A stretch of 64,000 nt of DNA, taken from assembly GCF_009914755.1 (NCBI RefSeq), contig NC_060933.1; one strand, given 5' to 3'. A model generated the notes under the pieces. The model ran no database searches. It had not been told where the DNA came from and saw only the letters and a program-made list of their open reading frames with translations. Both the position numbers and the translations under genes were made by a program. Shown piece by piece: positions 11,793-24,000 of this stretch. This DNA comes from the human T2T-CHM13v2.0 reference genome, Homo sapiens. Position 1 is the stretch's first letter. The number at the start of each line of letters is the position of its first letter.

Positions 11793-14700
11793 CATTCTCA
11801 GAAACTTGTTTGTGATGTGTGTATTCAACTAACAGAGATGAACCTTTCTTTTTACAGAGCAGTTTTGAAACACTCTTTTTGTGGAATCTGAAAGTGGATA
11901 TTTGGATAGGTTTGAGGATTTCGTTGGAAACGGGATTACATATAAAACCTAGAGAGAAGCATTCTCAGGAACTTCTTTGTGATGTTTGCATTCAAGTCAC
12001 AGAACTGAACATTCCCTTTCATAGAGCATGTTTGAAACACTCTTTCTGTAGTATCTGCAAGCTGACGTTTCAAGCGCTTTCAGGCCTATGGTGAGAAAGG
12101 AAATATCTTCAAGTAAAAACTAGACAGAAGCATTCTCAGAAACTTATTTGCCATGTGTGTTCTCAACTAACAGAGTTGAACCTTTGTTTTGATACGGCAT
12201 TTTGGAAACACTCTTTTTGTAGAATCTGCAGGTGGATATTCGGATAGCTTTGAAGGTTTCGTTGGAAACGGGAATATCTTCATATAAAATCTAGACGGAA
12301 GCATTCTCAGAAACTGCTTTGTGATGTTTTCATTCAAGTCACAGAGTAGAATGTTCCCTGTTATATACCAGGTTTGAGACACTCTTTCTGCACTACCTGG
12401 AAGTGGACATTTGCAGCGCTTTGAGGCCTATGATGAAAAAGGAAATATCTTCCCATAAAAACTAGACAGAAGCATTCTCAGAAACTTGTTTGTGATGTGT
12501 GTATTCAACTAACAGAGATGAACCTTTCTTTTTACAGAGCAGTTTTGAAACACTCTTTTTGTGGAATCTGAAAGTGGATATTTGGATAGCTTTGAGGATT
12601 TCGTTGGAAACGGGATTACATATAAAACCTAGAGAGAAGCATTCTCAGGAACTCCTTTGTGATGTTTGCCTTCAAGTCACAGGACTGAACATTCCCTTTC
12701 ATAGAGCAGGTTTGAAACACTCTTTCTGTAGTATCTGCAAGCTGACGTTTCAAGCGCTTTCAGGTCTATGGTGAGAAAGGAAATATCTTCAAGTAAAAAC
12801 TAGACAGAAGCATTCTCAGAAACTTATTTGCCATGTGTGTTCTCAACTAACAGAGTTGAACCTTTGTTTTGATACGGCATTTTGGAAACACTCTTTTTGT
12901 AGAATCTGCAGGTGGATATACGGATAGCTTTGAAGGTTTCGTTGGAAACGGGAATATCTTCATATAAAGTCTAGACGGAAGCATTCTCAGAAACTGCTTT
13001 GTGATGTTTTCATTCAAGTCACAGAGTAGAATGTTCGCTGTTATATACCAGGTTTGAGACACTCTTTCTGCACTACCTGGAAGTGGACGTTTGGAGCGCT
13101 TTGAGCCCTATGTTGAAAAAGGAAATATCTTCCCATAAAAACTAGACAGAAGCATTCTCAGAAACTTGTTTGTGATGTGTGTATTCAACTAACAGAGATG
13201 AACCTTTCTTTCTACAGAGCAGTTTTGAAACACCCTTTTTGTGGAATCTGAAAGTGGATATTTGGATAGCTTTGAGGATTTCGTTGGAAACGGGATTACA
13301 TATAAAATCTAGAGAGAAGCATTCTCAGGAACTTCTTTGTGATGTTTGCATTCAAGTCACAGAACTGAACATTCCCTTTCATAGAGCATGTTTGAAACAC
13401 TCTTTCTGTAGTATCTGCAAACGGACATTTCAAACGCTTTCAGGCCTATGGTGAGAAAGGAAATATCTTCAAATAAAAACTAGACAGAAGCATTCTCAGA
13501 AACTTATTTGCGATGTGTGTCCTCAACTAACAGAGTTGAACCTTTCTTTTGATACAACATTTTGGAAACACTCTTTTTGTAGAATCTGCAAGTGGATATT
13601 TGGATAGCTTTGAAGGTTTCGTTGGAAACGGGAATATCTTCATATAAAATCAAGACAGAAGCATTCTCAGAAACTTCTCTGTGATGTTTGCATTCAACTC
13701 ATAGAGTTGAACACTTCCCTTCATACAGCAGGTTTGAAACACTCTTTTTGTAATATTTGGAAGTGGACATTTGCAGCGCTTTGAGGCCTATGATGAAAAA
13801 GGTAATATCTTCCCATAAAAACTAGACAGAAGCATTCTCAGAAACTTGTTTGTGATGTGTGTATTCAACTAACAGAGATGAACCTTTCTTTTTACAGAGC
13901 AGTTTTGAAACACTCTTTTTGTGGAATCTGAAAGTGGATATTTGGATAGCTTTGCGGATTTCGTTGGAAACGGGATTACATATAAAATCTAGGGAGAAGC
14001 ATTCTCAGGAACTTCTTTGTGATGTTTGCATTCAAGTCACAGAACTGAACATTCCCTTTCATAGAGCAGGTTTGAAACACTCTTTCTGTAGTATCTGCAA
14101 GCGGACGTTTTAAGCGCTTTCAGGCCTGTGGTGAGAAAGGAAATATCTTCAAATAAAAACTAGACAGAAGCATTCTCAGAAACTTATTTGCGATGTGTGT
14201 CCTCAACTAACAGAGTTGAACCTTTCTTTTGATACAACATTTTGGAAACACTCTTTTTGTAGAATCTGCAAGTGGATATTTGGATAGCTTTGAAGGTTTC
14301 GTTGGAAACGGGAATATCTTCATATAAAATGAAGACAGAAGCATTCTCAGAAACTTCTCTGTGATGTCTGCATTCAACTCATAGAGTTGAACACTTCCCT
14401 TCATACAGCAGGTTTGAAACACTCTTTTTCTAATATTTGGAAGTGGACATTTGCAGCGCTTTGAGGCCTATGTTGAAAAAGGAAATATCTTCTCCTAAAA
14501 ACCAGACAGAAGCATTCTCAGAAACTTCCTTGTGATGTGTGTACTCAAGTAACAGAGTTGAACCTTCCTTTTGACAGAGCAGTTTTGAAGCACTCTTTTT
14601 GTAGAATCTGCAAGTGGATATTTTGATACCTTTGAGGATTTCGTTGGACACGGGATATCTTCATATAAAATCTAGACAGAAGCATTCTCAGAAACTTCTT

Positions 14701-15024
14701 TGTGCTGTATGTCCTCAATTAACAGAGTTGAACCTTTGTGTGGATACAGCATTTTGGAAACATTCCTTTAGTAGAATCTGCAAGTTGATATTTAGATAGC
14801 TAGGAAGATTTCCTTGGAAACGGGAATATCTTCATATAAAATCTAGACGGAAGCATTCTCAGAAAGTGCTTTGTGATGTTTGCATTCAAGTCACAGAGTT
14901 GAATATTCCCTTTTATAGAGCAGGTTTGAAACACTCTTTCTGCACTACCTGGAAGTGGACATTTGGAGCGCTTTGAGGCCTATGTTGAAAAAGGAAATAT
15001 CTTCCCATAAAAACTAGACAGAAG
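11793..15024 (+). repeat. 19-mer HOR (3232 bp): A, A'', B, C + trimer
   Basis: ORF starts 11819, 12499, 13179, 13859, then 15051; trimer marker 11382 to 14614 = 3232. Confidence 0.9.
14809..14825 (+). other. Degenerate CENP-B box of trimer monomer m6 (representative)
   Basis: TTTCCTTGGAAACGGGA: the essential TTCG is changed to TTCC in every trimer inspected. Confidence 0.85.
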
Positions 15025-18000
15025 CATTCTCAGAAACTTGTTTGTGATGTGTGTATTCAACTAACAGAGATGAACCTTTCTTTTTACAGAGCAGTTTTGA
15101 AACACTCTTTTTGTGGAATCTGAAAGTGGATATTTGGATAGCTTTGAGGATTTCGTTGGAAACGGGATTACATATAAAACCTAGAGAGAAGCATTCTCAG
15201 GAACTCCTTTGTGATGTTTGCCTTCAAGTCACAGGACTGAACATTCCCTTTCATAGAGCAGGTTTGAAACACTCTTTCTGTAGTATCTGCAAGCTGACGT
15301 TTCAAGCGCTTTCAGGCCTATGGTGAGAAAGGAAATATCTTCAAGTAAAAACTAGACAGAAGCATTCTCAGAAACTTATTTGCCATGTGTGTTCTCAACT
15401 AACAGAGTTGAACCTTTGTTTTGATACGGCATTTTGGAAACACTCTTTTTGTAGAATCTGCAGGTGGATATACGGATAGCTTTGAAGGTTTCGTTGGAAA
15501 CGGGAATATCTTCATATAAAGTCTAGACGGAAGCATTCTCAGAAACTGCTTTGTGATGTTTTAATTCAAGTCACAGAGTAGAATGTTCGCTGTTATATAC
15601 CAGGTTTGAGACACTCTTTCTGCACTACCTGGAAGTGGACGTTTGGAGCGCTATGAGCCCTATGTTGAAAAAGGAAATATCTTCCCATAAAAACTAGACA
15701 GAAGCATTCTCAGAAACTTGTTTGTGATGTGTGTATTCAACTAACAGAGATGAACCTTTCTTTCTACAGAGCAGTTTTGAAACACTCTTTTTGTGGAATC
15801 TGAAAGTGGATATTTGGATAGCTTTGAGGATTTCGTTGGAAACGGGATTACATATAAAATCTAGAGAGAAGCATTCTCAGGAACTTCTTTGTGATGTTTG
15901 CATTCAAGTCACAGAACTGAACATTCCCTTTCATAGAGCATGTTTGAAACACTCTTTCTGTAGTATCTGCAAACGGACATTTCAAACGCTTTCAGGCCTA
16001 TGGTGAGAAAGGAAATATCTTCAAATAAAAACTAGACAGAAGCATTCTCAGAAACTTATTTGCGATGTGTGTCCTCAACTAACAGAGTTGAACCTTTCTT
16101 TTGATACAACATTTTGGAAACACTCTTTTTGTAGAATCTGCAAGTGGATATTTGGATAGCTTTGAAGGTTTCGTTGGAAACGGGAATATCTTCATATAAA
16201 ATCAAGACAGAAGCATTCTCAGAAACTTCTCTGTGATGTTTGCATTCAACTCATAGAGTTGAACACTTCCCTTCATACAGCAGGTTTGAAACACTCTTTT
16301 TGTAATATTTGGAAGTGGACATTTGCAGCGCTTTGAGGCCTATGATGAAAAAGGTAATATCTTCCCATAAAAACTAGACAGAAGCATTCTCAGAAACTTG
16401 TTTGTGATGTGTGTATTCAACTAACAGAGATGAACCTTTCTTTTTACAGAGCAGTTTTGAAACACTCTTTTTGTGGAATCTGAAAGTGGATATTTGGATA
16501 GATTTGCGGATTTCGTTGGAAACGGGATTACATATAAAATCTAGGGAGAAGCATTCTCAGGAACTTCTTTGTGATGTTTGCATTCAAGTCACAGAACTGA
16601 ACATTCCCTTTCATAGAGCAGGTTTGAAACACTCTTTCTGTAGTATCTGCAAGCGGACGTTTTAAGCGCTTTCAGGCCTGTGGTGAGAAAGGAAATATCT
16701 TCAAATAAAAACTAGACAGAAGCATTCTCAGAAACTTATTTGCGATGTGTGTCCTCAACTAACAGAGTTGAACCTTTCTTTTGATACAACATTTTGGAAA
16801 CACTCTTTTTGTAGAATCTGCAAGTGGATATTTGGATAGCTTTGAAGGTTTCGTTGGAAACGGGAATATCTTCATATAAAATCAAGACAGAAGCATTCTC
16901 AGAAACTTCTCTGTGATGTCTGCATTCAACTCATAGAGTTGAACACTTCCCTTCATACAGCAGGTTTGAAACACTCTTTTTCTAATATTTGGAAGTGGAC
17001 ATTTGCAGCGCTTTGAGGCCTATGTTGAAAAAGGAAATATCTTCTCCTAAAAACCAGACAGAAGCTTTCTCAGAAACTTCCTTGTGATGTGTGTACTCAA
17101 GTAACAGAGTTGAACCTTCCTTTTGACAGAGCAGTTTTGAAGCACTCTTTTTGTAGAATCTGCAAGTGGATATTTTGATACCTTTGAGGATTTCGTTGGA
17201 CACGGGATATCTTCATATAAAATCTAGACAGAAGCATTCTCAGAAACTTCTTTGTGCTGTATGTCCTCAATTAACAGAGTTGAACCTTTGTGTGGATACA
17301 GCATTTTGGAAACATTCCTTTAGTAGAATCTGCAAGTTGATATTTAGATAGCTAGGAAGATTTCCTTGGAAACGGGAATATCTTCATATAAAATCTAGAC
17401 GGAAGCATTCTCAGAAAGTGCTTTGTGATGTTTGCATTCAAGTCACAGAGTTGAATATTCCCTTTTATAGAGCAGGTTTGAAACACTCTTTCTGCACTAC
17501 CTGGAAGTGGACATTTGGAGCGCTTTGAGGCCTATGTTGAAAAAGGAAATATCTTCCCATAAAAACTAGACAGAAGCATTCTCAGAAACTAGTTTGTGAT
17601 GTGTGTATTCAACTAACAGAGATGAACCTTTCTTTTTACAGAGCAGTTTTGAAACACTCTTTTTGTGGAATCTGAAAGTGGATATTTGGATAGCTTTGAG
17701 GATTTCGTTGGAAACGGGATTACATATAAAACCTAGAGAGAAGCATTCTCAGGAACTTCTTTGTGATGTTTGCATTCAAGTCACAGGACTGAACATTCCC
17801 TTTCATAGAGCAGGTTTGAAACACTCTTTCTGTAGTATCTGCAAGCTGACGTTTCAAGCGCTTTCAGGCCTATGGTGAGAAAGGAAATATCTTCAAGTAA
17901 AAACTAGACAGAAGCATTCTCAGAAACTTATTTGCCATGTGTGTTCTCAACTAACAGAGTTGAACCTTTGTTTTGATACGGCATTTTGGAAACACTCTTT

Positions 18001-21000
18001 TTGTAGAATCTGCAGGTGGATATTCGGATAGCTTTGAAGGTTTCGTTGGAAACGGGAATATCTTCATATAAAATCTAGACGGAAGCATTCTCAGAAACTG
18101 CTTTGTGATGTTTTCATTCAAGTCACAGAGTAGAATGTTCCCTGTTATATACCAGGTTTGAGACACTCTTTCTGCACTACCTGGAAGTGGACATTTGCAG
18201 CGCTTTGAGGCCTATGATGAAAAAGGAAATATCTTCCCATAAAAACTAGACAGAAGCATTCTCAGAAACTTGTTTGTGATGTGTGTATTCAACTAACAGA
18301 GATGAACCTTTCTTTTTACAGAGCAGTTTTGAAACACTCTTTTTGTGGAATCTGAAAGTGGATATTTGGATAGCTTTGAGGATTTCGTTGGAAACGGGAT
18401 TACATATAAAATCTAGAGAGAAGCATTCTCAGGAACTTCTTTGTGATGTTTGCATTCACGTCACAGAACTGAACATTCCCTTTCATAGAGCATGTTTGAA
18501 ACACTCTTTCTGTAGTATCTGCAAACGGACATTTCAAACGCTTTCAGGCCTATGGTGAGAAAGGAAATATCTTCAAATAAAAACTAGACAGAAGCATTCT
18601 CAGAAACTTATTTGCGATGTGTGTCCTCAACTAACAGAGTTGAACCTTTCTTTTGATACAACATTTTGGAAACACTCTTTTTGTAGAATCTGCAAGTGGA
18701 TATTTGAATAGCTTTGAAGGTTTCGTTGGAAACGGGAATATCTTCATATAAAATCAAGACAGAAGCATTCTCAGAAACTTCTCTGTGATGTTTGCATTCA
18801 ACTCATAGAGTTGAACACTTCCCTTCATACAGCAGGTTTGAAACACTCTTTTTGTAATATTTGGAAGTGGACATTTGCAGCGCTTTGAGGCCTATGTTGA
18901 AAAAGGAAATATCTTCTCCTAAAAACCAGACAGAAGCATTCTCAGAAACTTCCTTGTGATGTGTGTACTCAAGTAACAGAGTTGAACCTTCCTTTTTACA
19001 GAGCAGTTTTGAAACACTCTTTTTGTGGAATCTGAAAGTGGATATTTGGATAGCTTTGCGGATTTCGTTATAAACGGGATTACATATAAAATCTAGGGAG
19101 AAGCATTCTCAGGAACTTCTTTGTGATGTTTGCATTCAAGTCACAGAACTGAACATTCCCTTTCATAGAGCAGGTTTGAAACACTCTTTCTGTAGTATCT
19201 GCAAGCGGACGTTTTAAGCGCTTTCAGGCCTGTGGTGAGAAAGGAAATATCTTCAAATAAAAACTAGACAGAAGCATTCTCAGAAACTTATTTGCGATGT
19301 GTGTCCTCAACTAACAGAGTTGAACCTTTCCTTTGATACAACATTTTGGAAACACTCTTTTTGTAGAATCTGCAAGTGGATATTTGGATAGCTTTGAAGG
19401 TTTCGTTGGAAACGGGAATATCTTCATATGAAATCAAGACAGAAGCATTCTCAGAAACTTCTCTGTGATGTTTGCATTCAACTCATAGAGTTGAACACTT
19501 CCCTTCATACAGCAGGTTTGAAACACTCTTTTTCTAATATTTGGAAGTGGACATTTGCAGCGCTTTGAGGCCTATGTTGAAAAAGGAAATATCTTCTCCT
19601 AAAAACCAGACAGAAGCATTCTCAGAAACTTCCTTGTGATGTGTGTACTCAAGTAACAGAGTTGAACCTTCCTTTTGACAGAGCAGTTTTGAAGCACTCT
19701 TTTTGTAGAATCTGCAAGTGGATATTTTGATACCTTTGAGGATTTCGTTGGACACGGGATATCTTCATATAAAATCTAGACAGAAGCATTCTCAGAAACT
19801 TCTTTGTGCTGTATGTCCTCAATTAACAGAGTTGAACCTTTGTGTGGATACAGCATTTTGGAAACATTCCTTTAGTAGAATCTGCAAGTTGATATTTAGA
19901 TAGCTAGGAAGATTTCCTTGGAAACGGGAATATCTTCATATAAAATCTAGACGGAAGCATTCTCAGAAAGTGCTTTGTGATGTTTGCATTCAAGTCACAG
20001 AGTTGAATATTCCCTTTTATAGAGCAGGTTTGAAACACTCTTTCTGCACTACCTGGAAGTGGACATTTGGAGCGCTTTGAGGCCTATGTTGAAAAAGGAA
20101 ATATCTTCCCATAAAAACTAGACAGAAGCATTCTCAGAAACTTGTTTGTGATGTGTGTATTCAACTAACAGAGATGAACCTTTCTTTTTACAGAGCAGTT
20201 TTGAAACACTCTTTTTGTGGAATCTGAAAGTGGATATTTGGATAGCTTTGAGGATTTCGTTGGAAACGGGATTACATATAAAACCTAGAGAGAAGCATTC
20301 TCAGGAACTTCTTTGTGATGTTTGCATTCAAGTCACAGAACTGAACATTCCCTTTCATAGAGCAGGTTTGAAACACTCTTTCTGTAGTATCTGCAAGCTG
20401 ACGTTTCAAGCGCTTTCAGGCCTATGGTGAGAAAGGAAATATCTTCAAGTAAAAACTAGACAGAAGCATTCTCAGAAACTTATTTGCCATGTGTGTTCTC
20501 AACTAACAGAGTTGAACCTTTGTTTTGATATGGCATTTTGGAAACACTCTTTTTGTAGAATCTGCAGGTGGATATTCGGATAGCTTTGAAGGTTTCGTTG
20601 GAAACGGGAATATCTTCATATAAAATCTAGACGGAAGCATTCTGAGAAACTGCTTTGTGATGTTTTCATTCAAGTCACAGAGTAGAATGTTCCCTGTTAT
20701 ATACCAGGTTTGAGACACTCTTTCTGCACTACCTGGAAGTGGACATTTGCAGCGCTTTGAGGCCTATGATGAAAAAGGAAATATCTTCCCATAAAAACTA
20801 GACAGAAACATTCTCAGAAACTTGTTTGTGATGTGTGTATTCAACTAACAGAGATGAACCTTTCTTTTTACAGAGCAGTTTTGAAACACTCTTTTTGTGG
20901 AATCTGAAAGTGGATATTTGGATAGCTTTGAGGATTTCGTTGGAAACGGGATTACATATAAAATCTAGAGAGAAGCATTCTCAGGAACTTCTTTGTGATG

Positions 21001-24000
21001 TTTGCATTCACGTCACAGAACTGAACATTCCCTTTCATAGAGCAGGTTTGAAACACTCTTTCTGTAGTATCTGCAAACGGACATTTCAAACGCTTTCAGG
21101 CCTATGGTGAGAAAGGAAATATCTTCAAATAAAAACTAGACAGAAGCATTCTCAGAAACTTATTTGCGATGTGTGTCCTCAACTAACAGAGTTGAACCTT
21201 TCTTTTGATACAACATTTTGGAAACACTCTTTTTGTAGAATCTGCAAGTGGATATTTGAATAGCTTTGAAGGTTTCGTTGGAAACGGGAATATCTTCATA
21301 TAAAATCAAGACAGAAGCATTCTCAGAAACTTCTCTGTGATGTTTGCATTCAACTCATAGAGTTGAACACTTCCCTTCATACAGCAGGTTTGAAACACTC
21401 TTTTTGTAATATTTGGAAGTGGACATTTGCAGCGCTTTGAGGCCTATGTTGAAAAAGGAAATATCTTCTCCTAAAAACCAGACAGAAGCATTCTCAGAAA
21501 CTTCCTTGTGATGTGTGTACTCAAGTAACAGAGTTGAACCTTCCTTTTTACAGAGCAGTTTTGAAACACTCTTTCTGTGGAATCTGAAAGTGGATATTTG
21601 GATAGCTTTGCGGATTTCGTTATAAACGGGATTACATATAAAATCTAGGGAGAAGCATTCTCAGGAACTTCTTTGTGATGTTTGCATTCAAGTCACAGAA
21701 CTGAACATTCCCTTTCATAGAGCAGGTTTGAAACACTCTTTCTGTAGTATCTGCAAGCGGACGTTTTAAGCGCTTTCAGGCCTGTGGTGAGAAAGGAAAT
21801 ATCTTCAAATAAAAACTAGACAGAAGCATTCTCAGAAACTTATTTGCGATGTGTGTCCTCAACTAACAGAGTTGAACCTTTCTTTTGATACAACATTTTG
21901 GAAACACTCTTTTTGTAGAATCTGCAAGTGGATATTTGGATAGCTTTGAAGGTTTCGTTGGAAACGGGAATATCTTCATATGAAATCAAGACAGAAGCAT
22001 TCTCAGAAACTTCTCTGTGATGTTTGCATTCAACTCATAGAGTTGAACACTTCCCTTCATACAGCAGGTTTGAAACACTCTTTTTCTAATATTTGGAAGT
22101 GGACATTTGCAGCGCTTTGAGGCCTATGTTGAAAAAGGAAATATCTTCTCCTAAAAACCAGACAGAAGCATTCTCAGAAACTTCCTTGTGATGTGTGTAC
22201 TCAAGTAACAGAGTTGAACCTTCCTTTTGACAGAGCAGTTTTGAAGCACTCTTTTTGTAGAATCTGCAAGTGGATATTTTGATACCTTTGAGGATTTCGT
22301 TGGACACGGGATATCTTCATATAAAATCTAGACAGAAGCATTCTCAGAAACTTCTTTGTGCTGTATGTCCTCAATTAACAGAGTTGAACCTTTGTGTGGA
22401 TACAGCATTTTGGAAACATTCCTTTAGTAGAATCTGCAAGTTGATATTTAGATAGCTAGGAAGATTTCCTTGGAAACGGGAATATCTTCATATAAAATCT
22501 AGACGGAAGCATTCTCAGAAAGTGCTTTGTGATGTTTGCATTCAAGTCACAGAGTTGAATATTCCCTTTTATAGAGCAGGTTTGAAACACTCTTTCTGCA
22601 CTACCTGGAAGTGGACATTTGGAGCGCTTTGAGGCCTATGTTGAAAAAGGAAATATCTTCCCATAAAAACTAGACAGAAGCATTCTCAGAAACTTGTTTG
22701 TGATGTGTGTATTCAACTAACAGAGATGAACCTTTCTTTTTACAGAGCAGTTTTGAAACACTCTTTTTGTGGAATCTGAAAGTGGATATTTGGATAGCTT
22801 TGAGGATTTCGTTGGAAACGGGATTACATATAAAACCTAGAGAGAAGCATTCTCAGGAACTTCTTTGTGATGTTTGCATTCAAGTCACAGAACTGAACAT
22901 TCCCTTTCATAGAGCAGGTTTGAAACACTCTTTCTGTAGTATCTGCAAGCTGACGTTTCAAGCGCTTTCAGGCCTATCGTGAGAAAGGAAATATCTTCAA
23001 GGAAAAACTAGACAGAAGCATTCTCAGAAACTTATTTGCCATGTGTGTTCTCAACTAACAGAGTTGAACCTTTGTTTTGATACGGCATTTTGGAAACACT
23101 CTTTTTGTAGAATCTGCAGGTGGATATTCGGATAGCTTTGAAGGTTTCGTTGGAAACGGGAATATCTTCATATAAAATCTAGACGGAAGCATTCTCAGAA
23201 ACTGCTTTGTGATGTTTTCATTCAAGTCACAGAGTAGAATGTTCCCTGTTATATACCAGGTTTGAGACACTCTTTCTGCACTACCTGGAAGTGGACGTTT
23301 GGAGCGCTTTGAGGCCTATGTTGAAAAAGGAAATATCTTCCCATAAAAACTAGACAGAAGCATTCTCAGAAACTTGTTTGTGATGTGTGTATTCAACTAA
23401 CAGAGATGAACCTTTCTTTTTACAGAGCAGTTTTGAAACACTCTTTTTGTGGAATCTGAAAGTGGATATTTGGATAGCTTTGAGGATTTCGTTGGAAACG
23501 GGATTACATATAAAACCTAGAGAGAAGCATTCTCAGGAACTGCTTTGTGATGTTTGCATTCAAGTCACAGAACTGAACATTCCCTTTCATAGAGCAGGTT
23601 TGAAACACTCTTTCTGTAGTATCTGCAAGCTGACGTTTCAAGCGCTTTCAGGCCTATGGTGAGAAAGGAAATATCTTCAAGTAAAAACTAGACAAAAGCA
23701 TTCTCAGAAACTTATTTGCCATGTGTGTTCTCAACTAACAGAGTTGAACCTTTCTGTGGATACGGCATTTTGGAAACACTCTTTTTGTAGAATCTGCAGG
23801 TGGATATTCGGATAGCTTTGAAGGTTTCGTTGGAAACGGGAATATCTTCATATAAAATCTAGACGGAAGCATTCTCAGAAACTGCTTTGTGATGTTTTCA
23901 TTCAAGTCACAGAGTAGAATGTTCCCTGTTATATACCAGGTTTGAGACACTCTTTCTGCACTACCTGGAAGTGGACGTTTGGAGCGCTTTGAGGCCTATG

